This document shows, one piece after another, positions 49,558-58,254 of a stretch of DNA of 64,000 nucleotides. The notes beneath the pieces were generated by a model. It did no database searches. It was given only the letters and a program-made list of their open reading frames with translations, and was not told the origin of the DNA. Both the position numbers and the translations under genes were made by a program. Position 1 is the stretch's first letter; each line of letters begins with the position of its first letter. This DNA is from Sphingobium sp. (GTDB lineage: Bacteria; Pseudomonadota; Alphaproteobacteria; Sphingomonadales; Sphingomonadaceae): the NCBI RefSeq assembly GCF_003248505.1, contig NZ_QFOA01000003.1, positions 17,697 through 81,696 of the forward strand, read 5' to 3'.

Positions 49558-50589
49558 TCATGCTGCGCTCAGACCGTGTTTCTTCATGCAGTGGCGCAGC
49601 TGGTCGTAGGTAAGGCCCAGGCCCTTGGCCGTCGCGCGCTGGTTGTAGCGGTGCCGCTCCAGCGCCGCGCGCACGATCGCGGCCTCATGCGCGTCGACGG
49701 CGGCGCGCAGGTCGCTGATCGCATCGAGGGCGCAGGATAAGGTCGCGGGCGCTGCTCCTGCGGGCGGGGCGGCGACCGGCGCCTCCGCCCCGCGCGGCAT
49801 GAGGGACTTGGGCTTCCACGGCGACGCGAAGGGATCGAAAGTGATGCGGCTGATCGGTCGGCTCGGCTCGTCCCAGCGATAGACCGCGCGTTCCACCACA
49901 TTGCGCAGTTCGCGCACATTGCCCGGCCAGTCATGCGCTTCCAGCTCGGCGGCGCAGGCGGCGGAAAAGCCCGGCCATTGCGGCCAGTTGAGTTCCGCCG
50001 CCATGCGCCTGCCGAAATGATCGACCAGCACGGGCACATCGCCTTCGCGCGCGCGCAGCGGGGGGAGGGTGATGACCTCGAAACTCAACCGGTCGAGCAG
50101 GTCGGGGCGAAAGCGCCCGGCATCGGCGGCGGCGGGCAGATCCTCGTTCGTCGCCGCGACGATGCGCACGTCGACGCGCAGCGGGCGCGATGCGCCGATG
50201 CGTGTCACCTCGCCATATTCGATGACGCGCAGCAGCCGCTCCTGCGCGGCCATCGACAATGTCCCCAGTTCATCGAGGAACAAGGTGCCCCCGTCCGCTT
50301 CCTCGAACCGGCCCGGTCGCGCCTTGGTCGCGCCGGTGAACGCGCCCTGTTCGTGGCCGAACAGTTCCGCCTCGATCAGCGTTTCGGGGAGGGCGGCGCA
50401 GTTCATCACGATCAGCGGTTCGCCCCAGCGGGGGGAGAGGTGGTGCAGCCGCTCGGCGATCAATTCCTTGCCGGTGCCCCGCTCGCCGATCACCAGCACC
50501 GGCCGGTTGAGTTCGGCGGCACGCCCGGCCAGCTCGACCGCGTCGAGGAAGGCGAAGCTCTGGCCCACGAACTGCGTATTTTTCTCCAT
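49558..50589 (-). CDS. pspF: sigma54-dependent activator PspF (AAA+ plus HTH, no receiver domain)
   Basis: Walker A GERGTGKE, GAFTGA loop, ESELFGHE-like ELFGHEQ and C-terminal HTH ATAKGLGLTYDQLRHCMKKHGL. Divergent from pspA. Confidence 0.9.
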   Translation of the reverse strand: MEKNTQFVGQSFAFLDAVELAGRAAELNRPVLVIGERGTGKELIAERLHHLSPRWGEPLIVMNCAALPETLIEAELFGHEQGAFTGATKARPGRFEEADGGTLFLDELGTLSMAAQERLLRVIEYGEVTRIGASRPLRVDVRIVAATNEDLPAAADAGRFRPDLLDRLSFEVITLPPLRAREGDVPVLVDHFGRRMAAELNWPQWPGFSAACAAELEAHDWPGNVRELRNVVERAVYRWDEPSRPISRITFDPFASPWKPKSLMPRGAEAPVAAPPAGAAPATLSCALDAISDLRAAVDAHEAAIVRAALERHRYNQRATAKGLGLTYDQLRHCMKKHGLSAA

Positions 50590-50693
50590 GCGCCAACTTA
50601 TGGTGAAATTTCCTATTCGTTGGCAAGTGGCATGTTTGCCTTGGGCCGCCGCATAAGTTAAAAAACGGCAGAAAACTGGGGTTTTTGGCAAAT

Positions 50694-50709
50694 TGGCACG
50701 GCCTCTGCA
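50694..50709 (+). promoter_or_regulatory. sigma54 (-24/-12) promoter
   Basis: TGGCACGgcctCTGCA against consensus TGGCACG-N4-TTGCW. GG and GC are at the exact spacing and only the -15 T is replaced by C. It points toward pspA. Confidence 0.8.
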
Positions 50710-50775
50710 ATGCTATGGGCAATCCGCACCGAAACAGCGGAACCACATGAAGGCCAAGGTTCAGGGAGTATCGAA

Positions 50776-50949
50776 ATGCAAAAGGAAACCACCAACGTTC
50801 GCGAAATCGGCCAGCTTATGTCTGTCGCCATCGCCGCCGTCCTGTTCGGATCGACCATGGTCCTTTCGGCGGTCGGTCCGGCCCGCGCCAGCGAAGCCCC
50901 CGTTCTCGCGATCCATGACGCCCCCGCTTCCATGCGCTATCTGGCGTAA
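50776..50949 (+). CDS. small hydrophobic protein (57 aa), first cistron downstream of the psp sigma54 promoter
   Basis: GGGAG lies 8 nt before ATG 50776. MQKETTNVREIGQLMSVAIAAVLFGSTMVLSAVGPARA-SEAPVLAIHDAPASMRYLA has one TM or signal-like helix with an AxA site. By hand count 43 of 57 third positions are G/C. Confidence 0.5.
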   Translation: MQKETTNVREIGQLMSVAIAAVLFGSTMVLSAVGPARASEAPVLAIHDAPASMRYLA

Positions 50950-51034
50950 GGGAAGCGATATCAGGCCGGGGCGGGAAGCCCCCTCTCGCCCGCCCCGGCA
51001 TCGCACATGAGACAAGACCAGGAGTGACGTTCAA

Positions 51035-51703
51035 ATGGGTATTTTCTCCCGCACCCGCGACATCATCGCCGCCAATGTGACTGACCTGCTCGACAAGGCG
51101 GAAGATCCGGCGAAGATGATCCGCATGATCATCCTCGAAATGGAGGAAACGCTGGTCGAGGTGCGCGCGTCCGCCGCCCGCACCATTGCCGACCAGAAGG
51201 AAATGCGCCGCCACATCGCCAAGCTGACGGCTTTGCAGGACAGCTGGACCGACAAGGCGCAACTGGCGCTCAGCAAGGATCGCGAGGATCTGGCCAAGGC
51301 CGCGCTGGTGGAAAAGCAGAAGGCCGCCGACATGGCCGAGCAGCTCAATCACGAGATCTCGACCCTGGACGAGGCGCTGGCCGCTTCGGAAGAGGACATC
51401 GCCAAGCTTCAGGCCAAGCTGCGCGAAGCCCGCGCTCGCCAGAACAGCATCGTCACCCGCATTCAGAGCGCGGAAAATCGCCTGCGCGTGCGCGAAGCCT
51501 ATGCCGGTGAGAAGGTCAACGAAGCCTTCGCCCGTTTCGACATGCTGGAACGCCGCGTCGACATCGCCGAAGGCCGCGCCGACGCCATGAACCTGGGTCA
51601 GCAGCCCAAGACGCTGGAAGAAGAGATCGCCGAGCTCAAGTCATCCGACAAGGTCGATGCCGAACTCGCCGCGCTCAAGGCGTCGATGAACAAGGGGGGC
51701 TGA
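51035..51703 (+). CDS. pspA: phage shock protein A (PspA/IM30 family)
   Basis: MGIFSRTRDIIAANVTDLLDKAEDPAKMIRMIILEME followed by a long coiled coil. 222 aa. Confidence 0.95.
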   Translation: MGIFSRTRDIIAANVTDLLDKAEDPAKMIRMIILEMEETLVEVRASAARTIADQKEMRRHIAKLTALQDSWTDKAQLALSKDREDLAKAALVEKQKAADMAEQLNHEISTLDEALAASEEDIAKLQAKLREARARQNSIVTRIQSAENRLRVREAYAGEKVNEAFARFDMLERRVDIAEGRADAMNLGQQPKTLEEEIAELKSSDKVDAELAALKASMNKGG

Positions 51704-51707
51704 ACCG

Positions 51708-51974
51708 ATGGAAGACATCTTCCTCCCGATCATGGTCTGCGGCATGCTGTTCATCGGCATGCCCTGGCTGATCTTCCACTATGTCACCAAGTGGAAGCAG
51801 GCGCCCAAGATCACCGATGAGGACGAGAAGCTGCTGGACGAACTCCACCTTCTCGCCCGCCGCATGGAAGAACGGCTGCAAACGGTCGAACGGATCGTCG
51901 CCGCCGACAATCCCGATTTCCGCCCCGCACGTCCGCAGGAGACGGACGACTACAGCTTCGACCGGAGGAACTGA
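51708..51974 (+). CDS. pspB: envelope stress response membrane protein PspB
   Basis: N-terminal TM helix then LLDELHLLARRMEERLQTVERIVAADNPDF. Compare E. coli PspB ...RMRERIQALESILDAEHP. Confidence 0.85.
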   Translation: MEDIFLPIMVCGMLFIGMPWLIFHYVTKWKQAPKITDEDEKLLDELHLLARRMEERLQTVERIVAADNPDFRPARPQETDDYSFDRRN

Positions 51975-51975
51975 C

Positions 51976-52356
51976 ATGAGCGCCCGCCGTACCAAATTCT
52001 ACCTCGACAAGAAGAATGGCAAATGGATGGGCGTGTGCTCGGGCATCGCCGACTATACCGGGATCGATGTGGTCTGGGTCCGGGTCGGCGCCGTCCTCAT
52101 CACGCTGATGGGTGCCTTTCCCTGGTCGCTGATCGCCTATTTCGCCGCCGTCTACTTTGCCGACAACAAGCCTTCGGGCCTCTATGCCGACCGGGACGAC
52201 GAGAAATTCTGGCAGGGCGTGCGCACCAACCCTGCGCGCTCCACCCGCGATGTGCGCTCCAAGTTCCGCGACATCGACCGCCGCCTGTCGGACATCGAAA
52301 TCTACTATACCAGCCGCAACACGCGCCTCGCCGACGAAATCGACAGCCTGCGCTGA
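51976..52356 (+). CDS. pspC: envelope stress response membrane protein PspC
   Basis: The PspC domain KFYLDKKNGKWMGVCSGIADYTGIDVVWVRVGAVL. GGAGG lies upstream of ATG 51976. Confidence 0.88.
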   Translation: MSARRTKFYLDKKNGKWMGVCSGIADYTGIDVVWVRVGAVLITLMGAFPWSLIAYFAAVYFADNKPSGLYADRDDEKFWQGVRTNPARSTRDVRSKFRDIDRRLSDIEIYYTSRNTRLADEIDSLR

Positions 52357-52386
52357 GCAGCCCGAGACGAAACAGGGAGATCAATC

Positions 52387-52674
52387 ATGCAATGGTCCTG
52401 GCTCTTTCCCGTCCTGATTTGCGCCTGTGTCGCGGGCGGTACGATCCTGAACACCTGGATCCGCGCGAAGCACGGCTATCCCCTGGAGGATGATGCCGGA
52501 AACAGCGTTCATCGAATGGACGCCGACGCCGGTCGAAAAATCGATCTCCTATCGAGCGAAAACGAAAAGCTGACGGGCCGCATCAGCCGCCTTGAGGAAC
52601 GGATCGCCGTGCTGGAGAGGATCGCCACCGATCCCGCCGTCCGCACCGCCCGAGAAATCGACGCGCTGCGCTGA
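52387..52674 (+). CDS. PspB-like single-pass membrane protein, paralog 1 (95 aa)
   Basis: GGGAG SD, TM helix WSWLFPVLICACVAGGTILNTWI, and a C-terminal helix SRLEERIAVLERIATD ... REIDALR. Confidence 0.65.
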   Translation: MQWSWLFPVLICACVAGGTILNTWIRAKHGYPLEDDAGNSVHRMDADAGRKIDLLSSENEKLTGRISRLEERIAVLERIATDPAVRTAREIDALR

Positions 52675-52702
52675 CCCGGTCGCGCAAGGAAGGAAGACAT
52701 AT

Positions 52703-52954
52703 ATGAATTCGTTCGAAATGGTCGTCGCCATCATCGCGATCGTCGGCATCGTCCAGATCGTGAAGGCCAAGATGGGCGTCGTGCGCCGCGACCGGGGCGA
52801 GGATTTCGCCCATCGCGGTCCGGACCCGGAGGCCGAGCGCCTGCGGGCCGAGGTCAAGGGGCTGAAGGACCGGGTCGCCGTGCTGGAACGCCTCGCGACC
52901 GACAGTTCCACCGCGCTGGAGCGGGAATTCGACAAATTGCGCGAGCGCGACTGA
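52703..52954 (+). CDS. PspB-like single-pass membrane protein, paralog 2 (83 aa)
   Basis: GGAAGGAAG SD, TM helix FEMVVAIIAIVGIVQIV, and a C-terminal helix GLKDRVAVLERLATD ... REFDKLRERD. Confidence 0.65.
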   Translation: MNSFEMVVAIIAIVGIVQIVKAKMGVVRRDRGEDFAHRGPDPEAERLRAEVKGLKDRVAVLERLATDSSTALEREFDKLRERD

Positions 52955-52986
52955 CCGCTCGGCACGCTTCGACAGGGAGGCACTCC

Positions 52987-53220
52987 ATGCAAGACCCCAC
53001 TCTCTACATCACCCTGGCGACCACCACCGTTGCAGGTGTCGCCATCGTCGCGGTCACGGCGCTGCGCGGCTGGAACGGCTGGCTCGACTATAAGCGCGCC
53101 GAACTGATCGGCCAGCCGCGCGAAAGCGCGCCGCCGTCAGCCGCCGCGCGGATCGAGGTCGCCGACCTCAAGGAACGCATCCGCAAGCTCGAAGCGATCG
53201 CGGCAGGCGTCGACCTTTGA
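52987..53220 (+). CDS. PspB-like single-pass membrane protein, paralog 3 (77 aa)
   Basis: GGGAGG SD, TM helix LYITLATTTVAGVAIVAVTAL, and a C-terminal helix DLKERIRKLEAIAAGVDL. Confidence 0.6.
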   Translation: MQDPTLYITLATTTVAGVAIVAVTALRGWNGWLDYKRAELIGQPRESAPPSAAARIEVADLKERIRKLEAIAAGVDL

Positions 53221-53226
53221 TGCGCT

Positions 53227-53247
53227 GGACGGGGGTCTGCCCCGTCC
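53227..53247. terminator. 8-bp GC hairpin between the psp operon end and the convergent pheT
   Basis: GGACGGGGgtctgCCCCGTCC. No clear U-tract on either strand. Confidence 0.45.
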
Positions 53248-53263
53248 GCGCATCTCCGAACGA

Positions 53264-55681
53264 TCAGGCCCTGAGGCTTCCGCCCAGCTTCTGCGCCGCC
53301 TTGACGATCGCAGCGCTGATCGCTTCCAGCTCTTCCTGACCGAAGCTCTTCTCGCCCGGCTGCAACGTCACCTCGACGGCCAGCGACTTTTGCCCTTCGT
53401 CCACGCCCGGCCCGGCGAAGACATCGAACAGGCGCACGTCGACGATGCTCTTCTTGTCCGCGCCTCTGACCGCGCGGACCAGGGCGTCGGCCTCCAGATC
53501 GGCGGGAACGAGGAAGGCGAAGTCGCGCTTCACCGCCTGGAGCGGCGGCGGCGCATAGGGCGCGCGAAGCGATCCGCTCCGCCGCCGCGCGGGAATGGCG
53601 TCGAGGAAGATTTCACCCGCGACCGTCGTGCCGGTCAGGCCGAACTGTCGGGCAAGGGCGGGGTGCAGCACGCCATATTCGGCCAGCACCGCCTTGGGGC
53701 CAAGCCGCAACGTGCCGGACTGGCCCGGATGATAGGCCGCCGACGCGTCGCCGAAGTTCTGGAGATTGGCGACCGGCGCGCCCGCCGCGGCCAGCAGCGC
53801 CAGCAATTCGGCCTTGGCGTCGAACGCGTCGAACGCCTGCGCCTTGCCCGATCGCCAGCCGCGCGCGGTCTTCTCGCCCGCCAGCACGAAGCCCACCGTC
53901 GCTCGTTCGCCCTGTGCGAAATAACGGCGACCGATCTCGAACAGGCGAACGGACGATGCCCCGCGATCCATGTTGCGCCGCGTCGCCGACAAAAGCCCCG
54001 GCAGCAGCGAGGGGCGCATGACCTTCAGTTCCTCCGATATCGGATTGGCGAGCGTCCAGTGCCCGCCGCCCACGCTTGCGGCTTCCTTCTCGGACAGGAA
54101 AGACCAGTTGACCGCTTCGGCAAGGCCGCGTGCCGCCGCCGTCCGGCGGACGCGCCGCTCGACCAGCTGTTCGGGCGTGGCGGTGGGACGCGCGACGCCC
54201 GGCATGCGGGGCAGGGGTGTCGATGGCACATGGTCCAGCCCGACGATCCGCACCACTTCCTCGACGATGTCGGGCCATCCGTCCACGTCGCGCCGCCAGC
54301 TCGGCACCGTGACGGTCCACTCGCCGCCCACATCGACCGGCATTCCGTCCTGATATTCGATGCTCCGCGCTTCGCCGCTGACGGCAAAACCCAGCTTGGC
54401 GAGGATGCGCTTCTGTTCGTCGGCGGGCACATCTACCCCGGCCAGCGCCAGGCACCGTTCGGGCCGATAGGCAATCGTCCGGGGAACCACCGGCGGCGCA
54501 CCCACGCGCGTCGCTTCGCTTGGCGTACCGCCGCACAGATGGGTGACGAGGAATGTCGCGATCGACAGGCCGTCGTCGAGGAAGGCGGGGTCGACCCCGC
54601 GCTCGAACCTTCCGCGCGCGTCGGACGCAAGGCCGAGCTTCTGCCCCGTCACCGCGATCCGCTCCGGCGTGAAATAGGCGCATTCGATCAGCACGTCGGT
54701 CGTGCCGTCCTGCGCGCCCGAATGTTCGCCGCCCATGATACCGCCGATGTCGTGGACCGCCTCGTCGTCGGCGATCACGGTCATCGTTTCGTCGACCGTA
54801 TAGGTCTTGCCGTTGAGCGCCAGCACCTGCTCGCCCGCCCGGCCCCGCCGCGCAACGAGCCCGCCGCGGAGCGTGCCGAGGTCGTAGACGTGCAGCGGGC
54901 GCCCAAGGTCGATCATGATGTAATTGGTGATGTCGACCAGAGCGCTGATCGGCTTCTGGCCGATGGCTTTGAGCTGCTTTGCCATCCATTCGGGCGACGC
55001 GCCGTTCTTCACCCCGCGCACGATACGGCCGTAGAAGGCGGGGCAGCCTTCGGCATCCTCGATGCGGATGTCGGGGCCGGGGCCTTGTTCCGCGATCTGC
55101 GGCACGATGATGTCGTTGAGCGTGCCGAGACCCGCCGCCGCCAGATCGCGCGCGATCCCGCGCACGCCCATGCAGTCCTGCCGGTTGGGCGTCACCGACA
55201 CGTCGATCACCGGATCGTCGAGGCCCGCCCACCGGGCATAGACCTGGCCCACCGGCGCGTCGTCCGCCAGTTCGATGATCCCGTCATGATCCTCGCCCAG
55301 TTCCAGTTCGCGGAAGGAGCACATCATGCCGTTGGATTCGACGCCACGGATCGCGGTCTTCTTGAGCACCATGCCGTTCACCGGCACCACCGCACCCTCG
55401 ACCCCGAACACGCCGACCAGTCCCGCGCGCGCGTTGGGCGCGCCGCATACGACCTGAAGCGGCACGCCGTCGCCCTGGTCGACGGTCAGCACCTGCAACT
55501 TGTCCGCCTGCGGATGCCGTTCCGCTGTCAGCACCTTGGCGATCCGGAACGCGCCCAGCTTCTCCGCCGGATTTTCGACCCCCTCGACCTCCAGGCCGAT
55601 GGCGTTCAGCGTCTTGAGGATAGTCGGCAGCTCCGCATCGGTGACCAGATGCGTCTTCAGCCATGAAAGAGTGAACTTCAT
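53264..55681 (-). CDS. pheT: phenylalanine-tRNA ligase beta subunit
   Basis: 805 aa. [13 protein letters not shown]-terminus, with tRNA-binding, B3/4, B5 and FDX-ACB domains in order. Confidence 0.96.
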   Translation of the reverse strand: MKFTLSWLKTHLVTDAELPTILKTLNAIGLEVEGVENPAEKLGAFRIAKVLTAERHPQADKLQVLTVDQGDGVPLQVVCGAPNARAGLVGVFGVEGAVVPVNGMVLKKTAIRGVESNGMMCSFRELELGEDHDGIIELADDAPVGQVYARWAGLDDPVIDVSVTPNRQDCMGVRGIARDLAAAGLGTLNDIIVPQIAEQGPGPDIRIEDAEGCPAFYGRIVRGVKNGASPEWMAKQLKAIGQKPISALVDITNYIMIDLGRPLHVYDLGTLRGGLVARRGRAGEQVLALNGKTYTVDETMTVIADDEAVHDIGGIMGGEHSGAQDGTTDVLIECAYFTPERIAVTGQKLGLASDARGRFERGVDPAFLDDGLSIATFLVTHLCGGTPSEATRVGAPPVVPRTIAYRPERCLALAGVDVPADEQKRILAKLGFAVSGEARSIEYQDGMPVDVGGEWTVTVPSWRRDVDGWPDIVEEVVRIVGLDHVPSTPLPRMPGVARPTATPEQLVERRVRRTAAARGLAEAVNWSFLSEKEAASVGGGHWTLANPISEELKVMRPSLLPGLLSATRRNMDRGASSVRLFEIGRRYFAQGERATVGFVLAGEKTARGWRSGKAQAFDAFDAKAELLALLAAAGAPVANLQNFGDASAAYHPGQSGTLRLGPKAVLAEYGVLHPALARQFGLTGTTVAGEIFLDAIPARRRSGSLRAPYAPPPLQAVKRDFAFLVPADLEADALVRAVRGADKKSIVDVRLFDVFAGPGVDEGQKSLAVEVTLQPGEKSFGQEELEAISAAIVKAAQKLGGSLRA

Positions 55682-56769
55682 GCGCCCACTCCCCCGCTCA
55701 GTGTCGGCACGTCGAGCGCCGAGAAACCATAATGTCTAAGCCAGCGCAGATCGCCGTCGAAGAAGGCTCGCAAGTCGTTCATCCCATATTTGAGCATGGC
55801 GAGGCGGTCGACCCCGGTGCCGAAGGCAAATCCCTGCCATTCGTCGGGGTCCAGCCCGCATGCCTCGATCACGCGGCGGTTGACCATGCCGCTGCCCAAT
55901 ACCTCCAGCCATCCGCCGTCGCTCGCGTCGCCATCGCCGCCGATGATCCGCTGGCCGTTCACCATCGTGTAGCCGACATCGACCTCGACCGACGGTTCGG
56001 TGAAGGGGAAATAGCTCGGGCGCAGGCGCAGGACGATGTCCTCCCGCTCGAAAAACGCCTTGAGGAAAGTTTCCAGCGTCCATTTGAGGTGGCCGAGCGT
56101 GATGCCCTTGTCGATCACCAGCCCTTCGATCTGGTGGAACATCGGCGTGTGCGTGGCGTCGCTGTCGCTGCGATAGACGCGGCCCGGCGCGATGATGCGA
56201 ATGGGGGGCGTTGCGCTCATCATCGTGCGGATCTGCACCGGCGAGGTGTGCGTGCGCAGCAGCATCTTCCGGCCCGTTTCGTCATCGGGGAAATAGAAAG
56301 TGTCGTGCATCGCCCGCGCGGGGTGCGTCTCGGGAATGTTGAGCGCGGTGAAATTATGCCAATCGTCCTCGATCTCCGGCCCCGTTGCGACGGAAAAGCC
56401 CAGATCGGCGAAGATTTCCGCCAGTTCGTCCATCACCTGACTCACCGGATGGACGCTGCCCTGCGGAGCCGCGTCGACGGGCAGGGTCATGTCCACTCGC
56501 TCCGACGCCAGCTTCGCGTCCAGCGCCGCCTGCTCCAGCGCCGCCTTCCGGGCCGCGATCGCCGCCGTCACGCCTTCGCGCAGATCCTGGATCGGAGGCC
56601 CCTTCTCCAGCCGCTCGTCGGGCGACATCGCGCCGAGCGTCTTGAGCAGCGCCGTCACCACCCCGCTCTTGCCGAGTGCACCCACGCGCAGCGCGTCGAG
56701 CGCGTCGAGCGTATCGGCGGCCTCGATGTCGGCGATCAGGCCGGCTTTCAATGCGCTTGTTTCGGTCAT
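55678..56769 (-). CDS. pheS: phenylalanine-tRNA ligase alpha subunit
   Basis: Class II motifs ([37 protein letters not shown]). The stop overlaps the pheT start. Confidence 0.96.
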   Translation of the reverse strand: MTETSALKAGLIADIEAADTLDALDALRVGALGKSGVVTALLKTLGAMSPDERLEKGPPIQDLREGVTAAIAARKAALEQAALDAKLASERVDMTLPVDAAPQGSVHPVSQVMDELAEIFADLGFSVATGPEIEDDWHNFTALNIPETHPARAMHDTFYFPDDETGRKMLLRTHTSPVQIRTMMSATPPIRIIAPGRVYRSDSDATHTPMFHQIEGLVIDKGITLGHLKWTLETFLKAFFEREDIVLRLRPSYFPFTEPSVEVDVGYTMVNGQRIIGGDGDASDGGWLEVLGSGMVNRRVIEACGLDPDEWQGFAFGTGVDRLAMLKYGMNDLRAFFDGDLRWLRHYGFSALDVPTLSGGVGA

Positions 56770-56839
56770 CTTCTTTTCTCAATGCCTGTGCTGGCGGAAC
56801 AGGACGCGCCTTAACCGCGCGCGGGCCGCAAGGAAAGGG

Positions 56840-57454
56840 TCAGGCGCGCGCGCCCAGCAGCGCCCCGCCGAAGCCGATGAAGAGCAGCCCGGTCCCCCGA
56901 TTGAACAGCTTCTGCCGGTTGGCAGGTTCCAGCCAGCGGGCAAGGCGCGTGCCCCCCAGCGCATAGACGCCGTACCAGAAGCTCTCGATCGCCACGAAGC
57001 TGGCGATGAGGATGCCGAGCTGGAGCCAGAAGGGGCGGTCCAGCACGATGAATTGCGGGAAGAGCGCGGCGGCGAATACGATCAGCTTGGGATTGGACAG
57101 GCCCGTCAGCAGGCCGGTGGCATAGAGCGCGCGGTCCGACCGCACCGGTTGCGCCTCGCCCTTCTTGCCCACCGGCGCGCGCCATGCCTTGATGCCCAGC
57201 CAGACGAGATAGGCAACGCCTGCATAGCGCAACGTGTCGAACAGGCGCGGCGATGCTTTCAGCAAGGCGCCAAGGCCCAGCGCGGACGCGATCAGGCACA
57301 GCAACACCGCGCTCATCAGGCCCGCCATGGTCCTGATCGCCCGGCGCGGGCCATGGGCGATGCTCTGCGTCATCACATGCAACATGTTCGGCCCCGGCGT
57401 CGCCGAAATCAGGAAAACCGCCGTGACGTAAATCCACCAGAGATGCAGCGACAT
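56840..57454 (-). CDS. LysE/RhtB family amino-acid exporter
   Basis: MSLHLWWIYVTAVFLISATPGPNMLHVM is the LysE-family N-terminal motif. About 6 TM helices, 204 aa. Confidence 0.85.
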   Translation of the reverse strand: MSLHLWWIYVTAVFLISATPGPNMLHVMTQSIAHGPRRAIRTMAGLMSAVLLCLIASALGLGALLKASPRLFDTLRYAGVAYLVWLGIKAWRAPVGKKGEAQPVRSDRALYATGLLTGLSNPKLIVFAAALFPQFIVLDRPFWLQLGILIASFVAIESFWYGVYALGGTRLARWLEPANRQKLFNRGTGLLFIGFGGALLGARA

Positions 57455-57475
57455 GGAAACGCCCCCTCGACTGAC

Positions 57476-57516
57476 AAACGAAAAGGGCGCCGAAGGCATC
57501 TGCCCCGGCGCCCTTT
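57476..57516 (-). terminator. rho-independent terminator after rplT
   Basis: The minus strand reads AAAGGGCGCCG-N13-CGGCGCCCTTT, a perfect 11-bp stem, running into TTTTCGTTTG. Confidence 0.8.
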
Positions 57517-57538
57517 GACGATCTTGCGATCCGTCGGA

Positions 57539-57901
57539 TCAGGCCGCGGGCAGCGCAGCCTTCGCCTGGGCGATGATGGCGCTGAACGCCTCGCCTTCAT
57601 GCATCGCGATGTCGGCCAGAACCTTCCGGTCCAGTTCGACGCCCGCCAGCTTCAGACCGTGCATGAACTGCGAATAGGTCAGGCCTTCGGCGCGAACGCC
57701 TGCGTTAATGCGCTGAATCCACAGACCGCGGAAGGTCCGCTTCTTCACCTTGCGGTCGCGATAGGCGTACTGGCCGGCCTTTTCGACGGCCTGGCGCGCG
57801 ATGCGGATGGTGTTCTTGCGACGGCCGTAATAGCCCTTCGCCTGATCCAAAATCCGCTTATGCTTCGCCTTGGTGGTTACACCACGTTTGACACGTGCCA
57901 T
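57539..57901 (-). CDS. rplT: 50S ribosomal protein L20
   Basis: [30 protein letters not shown]. Confidence 0.98.
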   Translation of the reverse strand: MARVKRGVTTKAKHKRILDQAKGYYGRRKNTIRIARQAVEKAGQYAYRDRKVKKRTFRGLWIQRINAGVRAEGLTYSQFMHGLKLAGVELDRKVLADIAMHEGEAFSAIIAQAKAALPAA

Positions 57902-57914
57902 GGGTCAGAACTCC

Positions 57915-58118
57915 TTACTTGAGGCCATAGGGCGCCCACAGGCGCACATGACCGGCATCGGCGTCCGACAGGACGGACGTGCCGCGGTTCTGACGGATAT
58001 ATTTGGCATTGTGGCTGATCAGGCGGTGACGCTTGCCAGCGACGCCATGCTTGACCTTGCCGGTGGCGGTGAACTTGAAGCGCTTCTTCACACCGCTCTT
58101 GGTCTTCATCTTGGGCAT
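57915..58118 (-). CDS. rpmI: 50S ribosomal protein L35
   Basis: [24 protein letters not shown]. Confidence 0.98.
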   Translation of the reverse strand: MPKMKTKSGVKKRFKFTATGKVKHGVAGKRHRLISHNAKYIRQNRGTSVLSDADAGHVRLWAPYGLK

Positions 58119-58254
58119 TTTCGTCTCCTTTGTCAGCGCGACGATTACAGACAGCCACGGCAGCCCTCGTTAGCCGGGCGGTCTCACTGAATATCGCGAA
58201 CGGCGGCCCTTAGTAGCCCTGCTGCAAAAAGGCAAGCGATTCGCCGTGTCGCCG

